Shown here piece by piece: positions 1-10,143 of a DNA stretch of 32,000 nt (position 1 is the stretch's first letter; every line of letters begins with the position of its first letter). The notes beneath the pieces are model-generated. The model had not been told where the DNA came from, did no database searches, and saw nothing but the letters and a program-made list of their open reading frames with translations. Source of the DNA: Klebsiella sp. I138 (GTDB taxonomy: Bacteria > Pseudomonadota > Gammaproteobacteria > Enterobacterales > Enterobacteriaceae); assembly GCF_051131765.1 (NCBI RefSeq), contig NZ_CP180447.1:3003893-3035892 (forward strand). The letters are read 5' to 3'. Made by a program: the position numbers and the translations under genes.

Positions 1-1
1 G

Positions 2-529
2 CTGGCATTCCTCGCCGCCAATAATGCCTGGTCGCCGCCGCCGCTGCGCTTTGCCATTCGTGTTCTGGTGGCCTTTTTACGCACCATGCCGGAGCTGGCG
101 TGGGCGGTCATTTTCGTCATGGCTTTCGGCATTGGTGCTATTCCGGGTTTTCTGGCTCTGATGCTGCACACCATTGGTAGCCTGACCAAACTGTTTTATG
201 AAGCGGTGGAAAGTGCGCAGGACAAACCGGTACGCGGACTGTTGGCCTGCGGGGCCTCGCCGATACAGCGTATTCGTTTCGCACTGTGGCCGCAGGTTAA
301 ACCGATTTTCCTCTCCTACGGCTTTATGCGTCTGGAAATTAACTTTCGCTCTTCAACCATTCTGGGTCTGGTGGGCGCCGGCGGGATCGGTCAGGAACTG
401 ATGACCAACATCAAGCTGGATCGTTACGATCAGGTCAGCATCACGCTGCTGCTGATCATCATCGTGGTGTCGCTGCTGGATATGCTGTCCGGCCGCCTGC
501 GACAGTGGGTTCTTGAGGGCAAAAAATGA
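2..529 (+). CDS. phnE: Phosphonate-type ABC transporter permease (PhnE family), 5' end outside window
   Basis: The frame is open from base 2, with no stop before the GTG at 68 used by the ORF track, so the gene is cut by the window edge. It is a polytopic hydrophobic protein with a PhnE-like cytoplasmic loop (EAVESAQDKPVRGLLACGASPIQRIRFALWPQV) and an LGLVGAGGIGQEL motif. Its stop overlaps the next permease start (ATGA at 526-529). Confidence 0.8.
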   Translation: MAFLAANNAWSPPPLRFAIRVLVAFLRTMPELAWAVIFVMAFGIGAIPGFLALMLHTIGSLTKLFYEAVESAQDKPVRGLLACGASPIQRIRFALWPQVKPIFLSYGFMRLEINFRSSTILGLVGAGGIGQELMTNIKLDRYDQVSITLLLIIIVVSLLDMLSGRLRQWVLEGKK

Positions 530-1404
530 GTCAATGGCAAAGCCAACCGGATATCGCCGCCAGTCGTCGGCAGCATCGGCAGCTGTATAAAGCCCAGGGG
601 CGCTATTTGCGCTTCGTCGGGCTGCTGACGCTGGCGAGCTTACTTTATTACGTCTGGTTTTTTATGCAGTTCGGCATCAGCGGCGAACAGCTGACTACCG
701 GCCTACAGCAAATTAGCCGTTATCTGCTGCGGATGTTTGTCTGGCATGACTTTTTCAACTGGCCGTTTGCCTACTATTTCACGCAAATCGGCATCACTCT
801 GGCGATTGTCTTCGTCGGGACAATGACCGCGACGGTCATTGCGCTACTGCTCTCTTTCCTCGCAGCGCGTAACATTATGCGCGGGTTAATTCCCGGATTT
901 ATCGCCCTGCTGGTGCGTCGCCTGTTTGACGTGCTTCGCGGTATTGATATGGCTATCTGGGGGCTGATTTTTGTTCGTGCCGTGGGCCTCGGGCCGCTGG
1001 CCGGGGTGCTGGCCATTATTATGCAGGATACCGGGCTGCTCGGACGGCTGTATGCGGAGGGACATGAAGCGGTTGACCGCTCTCCGGGGCGTGGGCTGAC
1101 CGCCGTCGGCGCTAACGGTTTACAAAAGCACCGCTTTGGTATTTTTACCCAGTCTTTCCCGACGTTTCTGGCGTTGAGCCTGTATCAGATTGAGTCGAAT
1201 ACCCGCTCCGCCGCGGTATTAGGCTTCGTCGGTGCCGGCGGTATCGGTCTGATTTATGCGGAAAATATGCGCCTGTGGAACTGGGACGTGGTGATGTTTA
1301 TTACTCTGCTGCTGGTTGTCGTGGTCATGGCGATGGATACGCTCTCCGCCTGGTTGCGCCGCCGGTATATTGGCGGCAGCGTGGTGCCGCTGTTTAAATC
1401 CTGA
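526..1404 (+). CDS. phnE: Second PhnE-family phosphonate ABC transporter permease
   Basis: 292-aa polytopic membrane protein, paralogous to the upstream gene (same VLGFVGAGGIGL / RSAAVLG block near the C-terminus). It is translationally coupled to that gene. Confidence 0.8.
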   Translation: MSQWQSQPDIAASRRQHRQLYKAQGRYLRFVGLLTLASLLYYVWFFMQFGISGEQLTTGLQQISRYLLRMFVWHDFFNWPFAYYFTQIGITLAIVFVGTMTATVIALLLSFLAARNIMRGLIPGFIALLVRRLFDVLRGIDMAIWGLIFVRAVGLGPLAGVLAIIMQDTGLLGRLYAEGHEAVDRSPGRGLTAVGANGLQKHRFGIFTQSFPTFLALSLYQIESNTRSAAVLGFVGAGGIGLIYAENMRLWNWDVVMFITLLLVVVVMAMDTLSAWLRRRYIGGSVVPLFKS

Positions 1405-1452
1405 TATCGCAGACTTCCCGGAGGCGGCTCAATACGCCGCCTCCGGGGAAAA

Positions 1453-2115
1453 TCACAGCCGCCACGCCAGCACCGGCCACTGGTGCCGGGCATTTGCCGC
1501 CACCAGCTGCGGGCAGGGATTGACCAGCCGGACACGATCGGCATGCAGGCACAGCGGCAGATCGTTAATCGAATCGGTATAGAACGTCACCTCACCGTGA
1601 TGGTGCGGCCAGGCCTGTTGCCACGCCGCCAGCCGCGCCACTTTCCCCTGCTGGTAGCTTGGCGTACCGGCAATCACCCCACTATAGCCGCCGTCTGCCA
1701 TTTCCACATCGATGCCTAAAGCCTGCTCAATTTCCAGCGCCGCGGCTACCGCCTGAACCAACAGGCTCACCGAAGCCGAAATCACCAGAATTTGCTCGCC
1801 CTGCGCGCGCAGGGTTTGCAGGAGATCCCACGCCTGCGGGTAGACACGCGGCATAATATCCTCACGCACGCAGCGGGCCACCAGCGCATCAACTTCCGCC
1901 TGCGGCACACCGATGAGCGGCGCCTGGATTAAGGCAACGTAGTCGGCAATATTCATTTCTCCGCGATCGTAATCGTCCATCAGCATCGCTTCCCGCGCCA
2001 GATATGCCGGGTCGCTTACCCATCCCTCTCTCACCAGAAACCGGCTCCATACCGTGCTGCTGTCGCCCTTAATCAAAGTATTATCCAGATCGAATATCGT
2101 CAGATTGTTGGACAT
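1453..2115 (-). CDS. HAD-IB family hydrolase (phosphoserine-phosphatase-like)
   Basis: N-terminal HAD motif I FDLDNTL. Later motifs ISAS and a C-terminal YTDSINDLPL (motif IV-like DxxND). 220 aa. Confidence 0.75.
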   Translation of the reverse strand: MSNNLTIFDLDNTLIKGDSSTVWSRFLVREGWVSDPAYLAREAMLMDDYDRGEMNIADYVALIQAPLIGVPQAEVDALVARCVREDIMPRVYPQAWDLLQTLRAQGEQILVISASVSLLVQAVAAALEIEQALGIDVEMADGGYSGVIAGTPSYQQGKVARLAAWQQAWPHHHGEVTFYTDSINDLPLCLHADRVRLVNPCPQLVAANARHQWPVLAWRL

Positions 2116-2286
2116 CGTTCATTTTCCCTAATCAGCAAAATTGGCTCGCCAGAGCATGCTTAACGAAGATGACAGGAGGATGACTCGCCTGTGCGCTGAG
2201 CAAAGGGTAGCAAAAAGCGAGGAAAAACGTTCAGATTCGCAGATCGGTGGTGATATGCCGTGAGCCGTGGTGAGATAAATACCGCC

Positions 2287-3117
2287 TCATCGCAATCCCT
2301 GAAGGCTCATCACCAGCAGTACCGCGACCAGCAGCAGCGGATAAACCCGCGCGTGCCAGCGATCCGGCAGACGCCCCAGCCAGCGGGCAGCCAACCGCAG
2401 CCCCAGCCAGCTCCCGGCGACCAGTAGCGCCGTAGCCGATAGCCAGATATGCCCCATAAATCCAGTAGGAAGATGCCCGGGAGACACCCACGCCATCACC
2501 AGCCACGTGCCGCTTGCGCCAGCCGCCAGCGGCAGCGTCAGCAGATTAGCCATCGCCGCCGCTTCCGACATCGTCGCCCCGCGACGGCGCATCAGCGGGA
2601 CGGTCATGACGCTGCCACCGACGCCAAGAAATGAGGCAATCAGGCCAATCACACCGCCGCTCATCAGCTCGCGCGATGCTATCGGAGCGCGACGCTGCAC
2701 GATCGGAGCCATAAAACCCGGGCGCAAATAGCAGTCGAGGATAGTCACCAGCAGATAACCGACGAACAACCCGCGGATCCATCCGCCGTTTACCGAGAGC
2801 GCCAGTAGCGCACCGGCTATCCCCCCGAGGGCAATCCCGGCGAGCATCATCCTCAGAGAATGCCAGCAGAGCGTTCGGGCGCGAAGGTGACGTCGGGTTG
2901 CCAGCAGCGCCGTGCAGAGCATCACCAGCGCGGAAGTGGCGACCGCAATCTGCATCGCCTGCCCGCCGACATCGCTCTGCGCCCCCCAAACCACGGTAAC
3001 CAGCAGAGAGATCAGCGGCACGGTAACGAAGCCACCGCCAAAGCCAAAGAGCCAGGTCGTTACGCCACACGCCACACCGCAGAGAAAAAGCCAGCACATC
3101 ATTCGATTGTCCTCCAT
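2287..3117 (-). CDS. TSUP (TauE/SafE, DUF81) family inner-membrane transporter
   Basis: 276-aa glycine-rich polytopic membrane protein with the duplicated GxGGG signature (FGFGGGFVTVPL and FLGVGGSVMTVPL) typical of TauE/SafE permeases. It is divergent from an AraC regulator. Confidence 0.7.
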   Translation of the reverse strand: MEDNRMMCWLFLCGVACGVTTWLFGFGGGFVTVPLISLLVTVVWGAQSDVGGQAMQIAVATSALVMLCTALLATRRHLRARTLCWHSLRMMLAGIALGGIAGALLALSVNGGWIRGLFVGYLLVTILDCYLRPGFMAPIVQRRAPIASRELMSGGVIGLIASFLGVGGSVMTVPLMRRRGATMSEAAAMANLLTLPLAAGASGTWLVMAWVSPGHLPTGFMGHIWLSATALLVAGSWLGLRLAARWLGRLPDRWHARVYPLLLVAVLLVMSLQGLR

Positions 3118-3205
3118 TCAGAGCAATCACGATATAGAATAGCGATATGGCTGACTTACGATTAAACGCCATCATCTTACGAATTTAAGCCATGGGGGGG
3201 TTATC

Positions 3206-4006
3206 ATGCGCAATATTCCCGTCAACGATGTCGATAACCTCCCGCGCAGAGTGCTGGCGCTGGGTAGCGATTATCCGGCCAACACGCAGCTGGAACGTCA
3301 CTGCCACCGCCGGGCGCAGTTTCTCTATGCCATGAACGGGCTAATGAAGGTGGAAACGGATGACGGCCAGTGGCTGGTCCCGCCCTACAGCGGCGTGTGG
3401 ATCCCGGCCACCCGGCCGCACCGGGTATTGATGCCGGGCGTCAGCACCCACAGCCTGTACATCGAACCGGAGGCGGCACCGCGCACCGGGGAACGCTGTG
3501 AGGTTTTACACGTTTCCCCCCTCCTGCACCAGCTGCTGCTGAGCGCCTGCCAGCTGCCGCTGCTGTATCACGAAACCGGACACGATGCGGCGCTAATCGA
3601 GCTGGTTTTACACGAGCTAAAGGCCGCCCATCCGCTGCCAATGTTTACCCCGCTGCCGCAGAGTGCCCCCCTGGCTGCGCTGTGCAGCGACTTTCTGCAT
3701 CGGCCTGATATTCACAGTACGCCGGAGCAGTGGGCCGAAAGACTCAATAAAAGCGCCCGGACTTTTCACCGCCAGTTTCGCCAGCAGACCGGAATGGCTT
3801 TTCGCGACTGGCGTCAGCAGGCCTGCCTGATGTACGCCCTGACGGCACTGCGGGAAGGAAGAACGATTACCGATGTGGCATTCAGCCTCGGGTATGAATA
3901 TCCAGCGGCCTTCACCGCGATGTTTCGCAAAATGATGGGGTATTCCCCCGCCGTTTTTGCCCGTCAGCTGAGGAATGGTAACGCGGGGAAAAGCCGCACC
4001 AGCTAA
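3206..4006 (+). CDS. AraC/XylS family transcriptional regulator (cupin N-domain plus HTH)
   Basis: C-terminal AraC HTH signature (TITDVAFSLGYEYPAAFTAMFRKMMGYSP) and an N-terminal cupin-like sensor domain. 266 aa. Confidence 0.85.
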   Translation: MRNIPVNDVDNLPRRVLALGSDYPANTQLERHCHRRAQFLYAMNGLMKVETDDGQWLVPPYSGVWIPATRPHRVLMPGVSTHSLYIEPEAAPRTGERCEVLHVSPLLHQLLLSACQLPLLYHETGHDAALIELVLHELKAAHPLPMFTPLPQSAPLAALCSDFLHRPDIHSTPEQWAERLNKSARTFHRQFRQQTGMAFRDWRQQACLMYALTALREGRTITDVAFSLGYEYPAAFTAMFRKMMGYSPAVFARQLRNGNAGKSRTS

Positions 4007-4235
4007 AAATAGGAAGAACCCTATTCCACGGCGCTAAATAGTGTTTTATGTAGAAAAAATTTATAAATAAATGAGATGACTGATTTTATATTCCATCCGC
4101 TATTGCCAATTCAGCGATACTGAAATTGGCATTTTCCGTACGTAATTTTTCGTAAATTTTGCGTTTAATCATTCTGACAAGCTAGTGAATAAGCTATAAA
4201 AGTCGACGGCCGATCCCTAACATGAAAATAATGAT

Positions 4236-4802
4236 ATGAAGCCCAAACTGTCCCATGTCTTATTATTGGTGCCTTTTTTGATCCTGGCAGGATGCTCATC
4301 TTCATCTAAAAAGCCGCCAAAAACCGCCGCTAAGCATCAGTACGCGCCGATCGACAGCGGATCTGACGATCTGATTCCGGTAGTTGCCGCCCTTCACGAT
4401 CAGATGCATACCTGGCACGGCACACCTTATGAATGGGGCGGTACAGAGCAAAGCGGCGTCGACTGTTCCGGCTTCGTCTGGCGAACGCTCAAAGACCGCT
4501 TCAATTTACCGATGGATCGCGTCACGACCGGCGATCTCCTGCATATGGGCATTCGCGTCAGTAAACAGCAGCTTCGTCCGGGGGATCTGGTCTTCTTCCG
4601 TATCCGCGGCGGGATGCACGTCGGTTTCTATGATACTGAGCACAACTTCCTGCACGCCTCCAGCAGCCAGGGCGTCATGCGCTCTTCGCTGGATAACCCG
4701 TACTGGAATTCGGTGTTCTACCAGGCGCGTCGTCTGCCGAAAGAATATAACGCGCAGATCACCATGAATAGCGACCATCAACACCTGGCAAAAAATCATT
4801 AA
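4236..4802 (+). CDS. NlpC/P60 family lipoprotein peptidoglycan endopeptidase
   Basis: Lipoprotein signal with lipobox LLVPFLILAGC. NlpC/P60 catalytic block GTPYEWGGTEQSGVDCSGFVWRTL, followed by GDLVFF and HVGFY. Confidence 0.85.
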   Translation: MKPKLSHVLLLVPFLILAGCSSSSKKPPKTAAKHQYAPIDSGSDDLIPVVAALHDQMHTWHGTPYEWGGTEQSGVDCSGFVWRTLKDRFNLPMDRVTTGDLLHMGIRVSKQQLRPGDLVFFRIRGGMHVGFYDTEHNFLHASSSQGVMRSSLDNPYWNSVFYQARRLPKEYNAQITMNSDHQHLAKNH

Positions 4803-4813
4803 TCGCCGGCAAT

Positions 4814-4847
4814 AAAAAAACCGCAGCAATAGTGCCGCGGTTTTCTT
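4814..4847. terminator. Bidirectional rho-independent terminator between convergent genes
   Basis: Hairpin ccgcagc-aatagt-gccgcgg (4821-4840). It is flanked by an A7 run upstream and TTTT downstream, so it can serve both the + strand lipoprotein gene and phoE on the - strand. Confidence 0.55.
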
Positions 4848-4893
4848 CCGACATATTTGGCCGCCCCAGGAAAACCTCAGGCGGCAAACATCA

Positions 4894-5946
4894 TCAGAAC
4901 TGGTAAGTCATACCCAGAGCAACGATGTCGTCACTGTTGATAGCGAGTTTATTATCGCTGTTCAGCTGGTTGATTTTATAATCAACGAAGGCGTTCATGT
5001 TTTTGTTGAAGTAATAAGTCAGACCCACGTCGATGTAGTTCACCAGGTCTTCGCTACCAACGCCTTCAATATCTTTGCCTTTTGACAGGACATAGCCCAG
5101 GGATGGACGCAGACCGAAGTCAAACTGGTACTGAGCAACGGCTTCAAAGTTCTGCGCTTTATTGGCAAAACCACCGCTGATTGGCGTCATTTTACGGGTT
5201 TCGGAATACATGGTCGCCAGGTAGATATTGTTGGCGTCATATTTCAGACCTGTTGCCCAGGCTTCCGCCTTGGAGCCCTGGCCACGAGCCAGCAGGTTCT
5301 GGTCATTTGTACGGTCAGAGCTGGTGTAGGCCGCGCTGATGGCGAAATCGCTGCCGCCGAAGTCATAGCTTAATGAAGTACCGAAGCCGTCGCCGTTCTG
5401 TTTCTTCGCGTCACGACCTTCGTTTTTACCCTGATACTGCAGGGTCATATCCAGACCATCTACCACGCCGAAGAAATCGGTATTGCGGTAAGTTGCCAGG
5501 CCGCTGGCACGCTTGGTCATAAAGTTATCGGTCTGTGCGGAAGAGTCGCCGCCGAATTCCGGGAACATATCGGTCCAGGCTTCAACGTCATACAGGGCAC
5601 CGAGGTTACGACCGTAATCGAAAGAACCGTAGTTTTTCAATTTCAGACCGGCAAATGCCAGACGGGTCTTCTGGGTGGAGTCGCTTTCCGTTTTGTTACC
5701 GGAGAATTCAGATTCCCAACGACCGTAGCCGGTCAGTTGGTCGTTAATCTGTGTTTCGCCTTTGATACCGAAACGAACATAGGTCTGGTCGCCGTCTTTG
5801 CTGTCATAGTCGCTGATGTAGTGCATCGCTCTGACTTTGCCATACACGTCCAGTTTGTTGCCGTCTTTATTATAAACTTCTGCTGCCTGTGTAGCTGAAG
5901 AAGCGACAAGACCCATCATCATTAATGCCAGTGAGCTCTTTTTCAT
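4894..5946 (-). CDS. phoE: Outer-membrane phosphoporin PhoE
   Basis: 350-aa trimeric-porin sequence. It has a signal peptide ending [18 protein letters not shown], the PEFGGD loop and a C-terminal MTYQF. It is close to E. coli PhoE as I remember it and sits in the conserved position upstream of proBA. Confidence 0.9.
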   Translation of the reverse strand: MKKSSLALMMMGLVASSATQAAEVYNKDGNKLDVYGKVRAMHYISDYDSKDGDQTYVRFGIKGETQINDQLTGYGRWESEFSGNKTESDSTQKTRLAFAGLKLKNYGSFDYGRNLGALYDVEAWTDMFPEFGGDSSAQTDNFMTKRASGLATYRNTDFFGVVDGLDMTLQYQGKNEGRDAKKQNGDGFGTSLSYDFGGSDFAISAAYTSSDRTNDQNLLARGQGSKAEAWATGLKYDANNIYLATMYSETRKMTPISGGFANKAQNFEAVAQYQFDFGLRPSLGYVLSKGKDIEGVGSEDLVNYIDVGLTYYFNKNMNAFVDYKINQLNSDNKLAINSDDIVALGMTYQF

Positions 5947-6032
5947 TATTCAGTCCTGGTGATTTATTTATACGCGCTAATCAATTCCGGGCGAAGGCCC
6001 CCGTGAAAACAGGAGGTTTTTTAACGCCCCAA

Positions 6033-6051
6033 TATTAAAAATTTATGACAA
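6033..6051 (-). promoter_or_regulatory. Candidate Pho box (PhoB site) of the phoE promoter
   Basis: The minus-strand reading is TTGTCATAAATTTTTAATA, about 90-105 nt upstream of the phoE ATG. It resembles the CTGTCATA-A/T-rich-CTGTCA consensus. Confidence 0.45.
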
Positions 6052-6088
6052 TGTGGAACTTTTTATAAAAAAGAGTGTTTAGATGTTT

Positions 6089-6107
6089 CTGTCATAAATT
6101 TGTCATC
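6089..6107 (+). promoter_or_regulatory. Second, inverted Pho-box-like element upstream of phoE
   Basis: CTGTCATAAATTTGTCATC on the + strand, opposite in orientation to phoE. An upstream inverted Pho box is known for E. coli phoE. Confidence 0.4.
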
Positions 6108-6236
6108 CGGTTACTCCACAATCGCCGATCTCGCGCAATAAAGTGGCTCGCCCAATACGCCAGGTGTTGGCAAGCGGCCTGAGTCCTGTTACAACATCAG
6201 CTCGATATCGATATTCCTTTTGAACGGCAGAGAATC

Positions 6237-7340
6237 ATGAGTGATAGCCAGACGCTGGTGGTAAAACTGGGCACCAGTGTTTTAACGGGCGGATCCCGTC
6301 GCCTGAACCGCGCCCATATTGTCGAATTAGTGCGTCAGTGCGCACAGCTGCATGCAATGGGCCACCGTATTGTCATTGTGACCTCCGGGGCTATTGCCGC
6401 CGGACGTGAACATCTCGGCTACCCGGAACTGCCCGCGACCATTGCGTCGAAACAGCTTCTGGCGGCGGTAGGACAGAGCCGTCTGATCCAACTGTGGGAA
6501 CAGCTGTTTTCTATTTATGGTATTCACGTAGGCCAGATGCTGCTGACCCGGGCGGATATGGAAGATCGCGAGCGCTTCCTGAACGCCCGCGACACCCTGC
6601 GCGCGCTGCTGGATAACAACATTGTGCCGGTCATTAATGAGAATGACGCCGTGGCGACCGCCGAAATTAAAGTCGGCGATAACGATAATCTCTCTGCGCT
6701 GGCCGCTATTCTTGCCGGCGCCGATAAGCTGCTGCTGCTGACCGACCAGGCAGGCCTGTTCACCGCCGACCCGCGTAATAACCCGCAGGCGGAGCTGATC
6801 AAAGATGTCTACGGCATTGATGACGCCCTGCGCGCCATCGCCGGCGATAGCGTTTCCGGCCTGGGCACTGGCGGCATGGGAACCAAGCTGCAGGCTGCGG
6901 ATGTCGCCTGCCGCGCCGGTATCGACACCATCATTGCTGCCGGCAACCGTCCAGGCGTGATTGCCGATGTGATGGACAGCGTGTCGGTCGGTACGCGCTT
7001 CCACGCGCAGGAATCACCGCTGGAGAACCGCAAACGCTGGATCTTTGGCGCCCCGCCGGCGGGCGAAATTACCGTTGATGCCGGCGCCACGCAGGCGATT
7101 CTGGAAAGAGGTAGCTCCCTGCTGCCAAAAGGCATCAAAACCGTCACCGGCAATTTCTCCCGTGGCGAAGTGATCCGCATCCGCAATAGCGAAGGTCGCG
7201 ATATTGCTCACGGCGTCAGCCGCTATAACAGCGATGCGCTGCGCCTGATTGCCGGCCAGCACTCGCAGCAGATTGATGCGATTCTGGGCTACGAATACGG
7301 CCCGGTTGCCGTCCATCGTGACGATATGATTATCCGTTAA
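6237..7340 (+). CDS. proB: Glutamate 5-kinase
   Basis: 367 aa with an amino-acid kinase fold N-terminus ([26 protein letters not shown]) and a C-terminal PUA domain. Followed 10 nt later by proA. Confidence 0.95.
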   Translation: MSDSQTLVVKLGTSVLTGGSRRLNRAHIVELVRQCAQLHAMGHRIVIVTSGAIAAGREHLGYPELPATIASKQLLAAVGQSRLIQLWEQLFSIYGIHVGQMLLTRADMEDRERFLNARDTLRALLDNNIVPVINENDAVATAEIKVGDNDNLSALAAILAGADKLLLLTDQAGLFTADPRNNPQAELIKDVYGIDDALRAIAGDSVSGLGTGGMGTKLQAADVACRAGIDTIIAAGNRPGVIADVMDSVSVGTRFHAQESPLENRKRWIFGAPPAGEITVDAGATQAILERGSSLLPKGIKTVTGNFSRGEVIRIRNSEGRDIAHGVSRYNSDALRLIAGQHSQQIDAILGYEYGPVAVHRDDMIIR

Positions 7341-7350
7341 GGAGCTGAAA

Positions 7351-8604
7351 ATGCTGGAACAAATGGGCATTGCTGCCAAGGCGGCCTCTTACAAACTCGC
7401 ACAACTCTCCAGCCGTGAAAAAAATCAGGTGCTGGAAAAAATCGCGGACTATCTCGAAGCACAGACCGAAGAGATTCTGCGCGCGAACGCCGATGATCTG
7501 GCGGAAGCCCGCGCCAATGGCCTGAGCGAGGCGCTGCTCGACCGTCTGGCGCTTAACCCGGCGCGCTTAAGCGGCATTGCGAACGATGTGCGGCAGGTGT
7601 GTAACCTGGCCGATCCGGTCGGTCAGGTGATCGACGGTGGCCTGCTTGACAGCGGCCTGCGTATCGAACGCCGCCGCGTGCCGCTGGGGGTCGTGGGCGT
7701 CATTTATGAAGCCCGACCTAACGTGACGGTTGATGTCGCGTCCCTGTGCCTGAAAACCGGCAATGCCGCGATTCTGCGCGGCGGGAAAGAGACCTGGCGT
7801 ACTAATGCCGCCACGGTGAAAGTGATTCAGCGAGCGCTGGAGGAGTGCGGGCTACCGGCGGCAACGATCCAGGCGATTGAGAACCCGGATCGCGCGCTGG
7901 TTGGCGAGATGCTGAAGATGGATAAATACATCGATATGCTGATCCCACGCGGCGGCGCCGGGCTGCATAAGCTGTGCCGCGAACAGTCCACGATTCCGGT
8001 GATCACCGGCGGGATTGGCGTGTGCCATATCTATATTGATGATTCAGCCGACATTGCAGAAGCGCTGAAGGTTATCGTCAACGCCAAGGTTCAGCGTCCA
8101 AGCGCCTGTAACTCAGTAGAAACGCTGCTGGTACATCACAATATTACCGAGCTTTTCCTGCCAGCGCTGAGCAAACAGATGGCAGAAAGCGGCGTAGCGC
8201 TGCACGCCGATGACCGGTCGCTGCCGACACTGCAACACGGTCCGGCATCAGTAGAGCCGGTGAAGGCGGAGCAGTACGATGATGAGTATCTGTCGCTGGA
8301 TCTGAATGTCAAAGTGGTCGCCGACCTCGACGAGGCTATTGCGCATATCCGCGCCCACGGCACCCAGCATTCGGATGCCATCCTGACCCGCACGCTGAGC
8401 AACGCCAACCGCTTTATCAACGAAGTGGATTCCTCGGCGGTGTACATTAACGCCTCTACCCGCTTTACCGACGGCGGCCAGTTTGGCCTCGGCGCAGAAG
8501 TTGCGGTCAGTACCCAGAAGCTGCACGCTCGCGGCCCGATGGGGCTGGAAGCGTTAACGACATATAAGTGGATTGGTTTCGGCGACGATACGATTCGTGC
8601 TTAA
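7351..8604 (+). CDS. proA: Gamma-glutamyl phosphate reductase
   Basis: 417-aa aldehyde-dehydrogenase-type protein ([10 protein letters not shown], catalytic [13 protein letters not shown]). Canonical proBA operon. Confidence 0.95.
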   Translation: MLEQMGIAAKAASYKLAQLSSREKNQVLEKIADYLEAQTEEILRANADDLAEARANGLSEALLDRLALNPARLSGIANDVRQVCNLADPVGQVIDGGLLDSGLRIERRRVPLGVVGVIYEARPNVTVDVASLCLKTGNAAILRGGKETWRTNAATVKVIQRALEECGLPAATIQAIENPDRALVGEMLKMDKYIDMLIPRGGAGLHKLCREQSTIPVITGGIGVCHIYIDDSADIAEALKVIVNAKVQRPSACNSVETLLVHHNITELFLPALSKQMAESGVALHADDRSLPTLQHGPASVEPVKAEQYDDEYLSLDLNVKVVADLDEAIAHIRAHGTQHSDAILTRTLSNANRFINEVDSSAVYINASTRFTDGGQFGLGAEVAVSTQKLHARGPMGLEALTTYKWIGFGDDTIRA

Positions 8605-8719
8605 TGCTGAGCGGGTGATGCAAAAGTAGCCGTTTGATTCATAAGGCCATTGACGCGTCACCCACTTAGTTTTAACCTTTTACCCCGTGATTCACATTCG
8701 TGGGCACGTCCTTTTCAGG

Positions 8720-8795
8720 GCCGATATAGCTCAGTTGGTAGAGCAGCGCATTCGTAATGCGAAGGTCGTAGGTTCGACTCCTATTATCGGCACCA
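8720..8795 (+). tRNA. thrW: tRNA-Thr (anticodon CGU), thrW
   Basis: 76-nt cloverleaf folded by hand: acceptor GCCGATA/TATCGGC, D arm GCTC/GAGC, anticodon stem GCGCA/TGCGA with loop TTCGTAA (anticodon CGT), T arm GTAGG-TTCGACT-CCTAT, and an encoded CCA. It lies directly downstream of proA, as thrW does in E. coli. Confidence 0.95.
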
Positions 8796-8797
8796 TC
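8779..8797 (+). repeat. attL core (within thrW 3' end)
   Basis: TCCTATTATCGGCACCATC, repeated at 20276-20293. Confidence 0.8.
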
Positions 8798-8907
8798 TCA
8801 ACTTCCCCAAACGTCCGTATTCATCCATAAATACCATGATTTATAAAGGTTTTACTGACTTTTAGTCCGTTATTGTCCGTAACCATCCAGTAGAATCCGA
8901 TACTGAA

Positions 8908-8959
8908 TGTGTATAGGATTGTGTATATGTTCCTGTTCGGTCTTGGATTCCTATACACA
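8908..8959. repeat. TGTGTATAG-type repeats (putative Int arm/operator sites) overlapping the int start
   Basis: TGTGTATAGGA (8908-8918) and TGTGTATATG (8920-8929) are direct repeats. TCCTATACACA (8949-8959) is a perfect inverted copy that abuts the int ATG at 8959. The same motif recurs twice next to attR. Confidence 0.5.
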
Positions 8960-10143
8960 TGCCTTTAAACGATATGCAGATTCGCCGCGCTAAGCCTGAA
9001 GCTAAAACCTATACACTCGGAGATGGGCAAGGCTTGTCATTGCTTATAGAGCCTAATGGAAGCAAGAGCTGGCGGTTCCGCTATCGCTATGCCGGTAAGC
9101 CCAAAATGATCTCGCTTGGTGTGTATCCGACGATCACCCTTGCCGATGCTCGTTCTCGTCGCGACGATGCCCGAAAGCTGGTCGCGGAAGGAAAGAACCC
9201 GAGTGAAGTTCGAAAAGAGCAGAAGATCGCTTTGCAAACGGAATCCGAAAGCGCGTTTGAAAAGATAGCCACAGAATGGCATCAGATGAAGTCGACCAAA
9301 TGGTCAGAGGGCTATGCCTCAGACATCATGGAAGCGTTTAAGAACGATATTTTCCCGTATGTGGGGACAAGACCCATCGGTGAAATAAAACCGCTAGAAC
9401 TGCTTAATGTGCTGCGTAAAATTGAAAAACGTGGAGCGTTAGAGAAAATGCGTAAAGTTCGACAGCGTTGTTCAGAAGTTTTTCGCTATGCCATAGCCAC
9501 CGGAAGAGCTGAGTTTAATCCTGCAGCGGATCTCTCTAGCGCCCTCGAAGTACATCAATCCAATCATTTCCCATTCCTGAAAGCTGATGAGATACCTGAT
9601 TTTCTCCGTGCTTTAGACAGTTACACAGGGAGTCGGCTTGTCCAGATTGCTACAAAATTACTGATGATCACGGGTGTAAGAACCATCGAATTACGTGCAG
9701 CATTATGGTCAGAATTTGATCTAGATAACGCAATTTGGGAAATTCCTGCTGAGAGGATGAAAATGCGCAGACCACATCTTGTGCCATTATCGACTCAAGC
9801 GTTAGATTTACTCAATGAACTTAAAATCATGACAGGAAGCTATTGTTATGTCTTTCCGGGGCGGAATGATCCGAACAAACCAATGAGTGAAGCAAGCATA
9901 AATCAGGTCATTAAGCGCATAGGCTACGGTGGTCAACTTACTGGTCATGGATTCAGGCATATGATGTCTACATTGTTGCATGAGCAGGGCTTTGATTCAT
10001 CTTGGATCGAAATTCAATTAGCACATGTTGATAAAAATAGTATCCGTGGAACTTACAACCATGCTCAGTATTTAGAAAAACGAAGGGGTATGCTTCAGTG
10101 GTACTCATCTATTTTAACGGAGTACAGCAATGTATATAAATAG
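8959..10143 (+). CDS. int: P4-family tyrosine integrase
   Basis: 394 aa. N-terminal arm-binding domain typical of P4-type integrases (RRAKPEAKTYTLGDGQGLSLLIEPNGSKSWRFRYRYAGKPKMISLGVYP). C-terminal catalytic residues lie in HGFRHM and LAH..........Y context. Adjacent to the tRNA att site. Confidence 0.92.
   Translation: MPLNDMQIRRAKPEAKTYTLGDGQGLSLLIEPNGSKSWRFRYRYAGKPKMISLGVYPTITLADARSRRDDARKLVAEGKNPSEVRKEQKIALQTESESAFEKIATEWHQMKSTKWSEGYASDIMEAFKNDIFPYVGTRPIGEIKPLELLNVLRKIEKRGALEKMRKVRQRCSEVFRYAIATGRAEFNPAADLSSALEVHQSNHFPFLKADEIPDFLRALDSYTGSRLVQIATKLLMITGVRTIELRAALWSEFDLDNAIWEIPAERMKMRRPHLVPLSTQALDLLNELKIMTGSYCYVFPGRNDPNKPMSEASINQVIKRIGYGGQLTGHGFRHMMSTLLHEQGFDSSWIEIQLAHVDKNSIRGTYNHAQYLEKRRGMLQWYSSILTEYSNVYK

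Noticed and set aside
2546-3175. 209-aa - strand ORF overlapping the TSUP permease gene, with several + strand ORFs at 2449-3165.
   Set aside because: These are alternative frames of the same GC-rich region. The 276-aa frame gives a coherent polytopic membrane protein with the duplicated GxGGG motif, and the others are Arg/Ala-rich nonsense.
6327-7004. 225-aa - strand ORF. Other antisense ORFs lie inside proB/proA at 6524-7379 and 8136-8526.
   Set aside because: These are shadow ORFs opposite highly conserved proB and proA.
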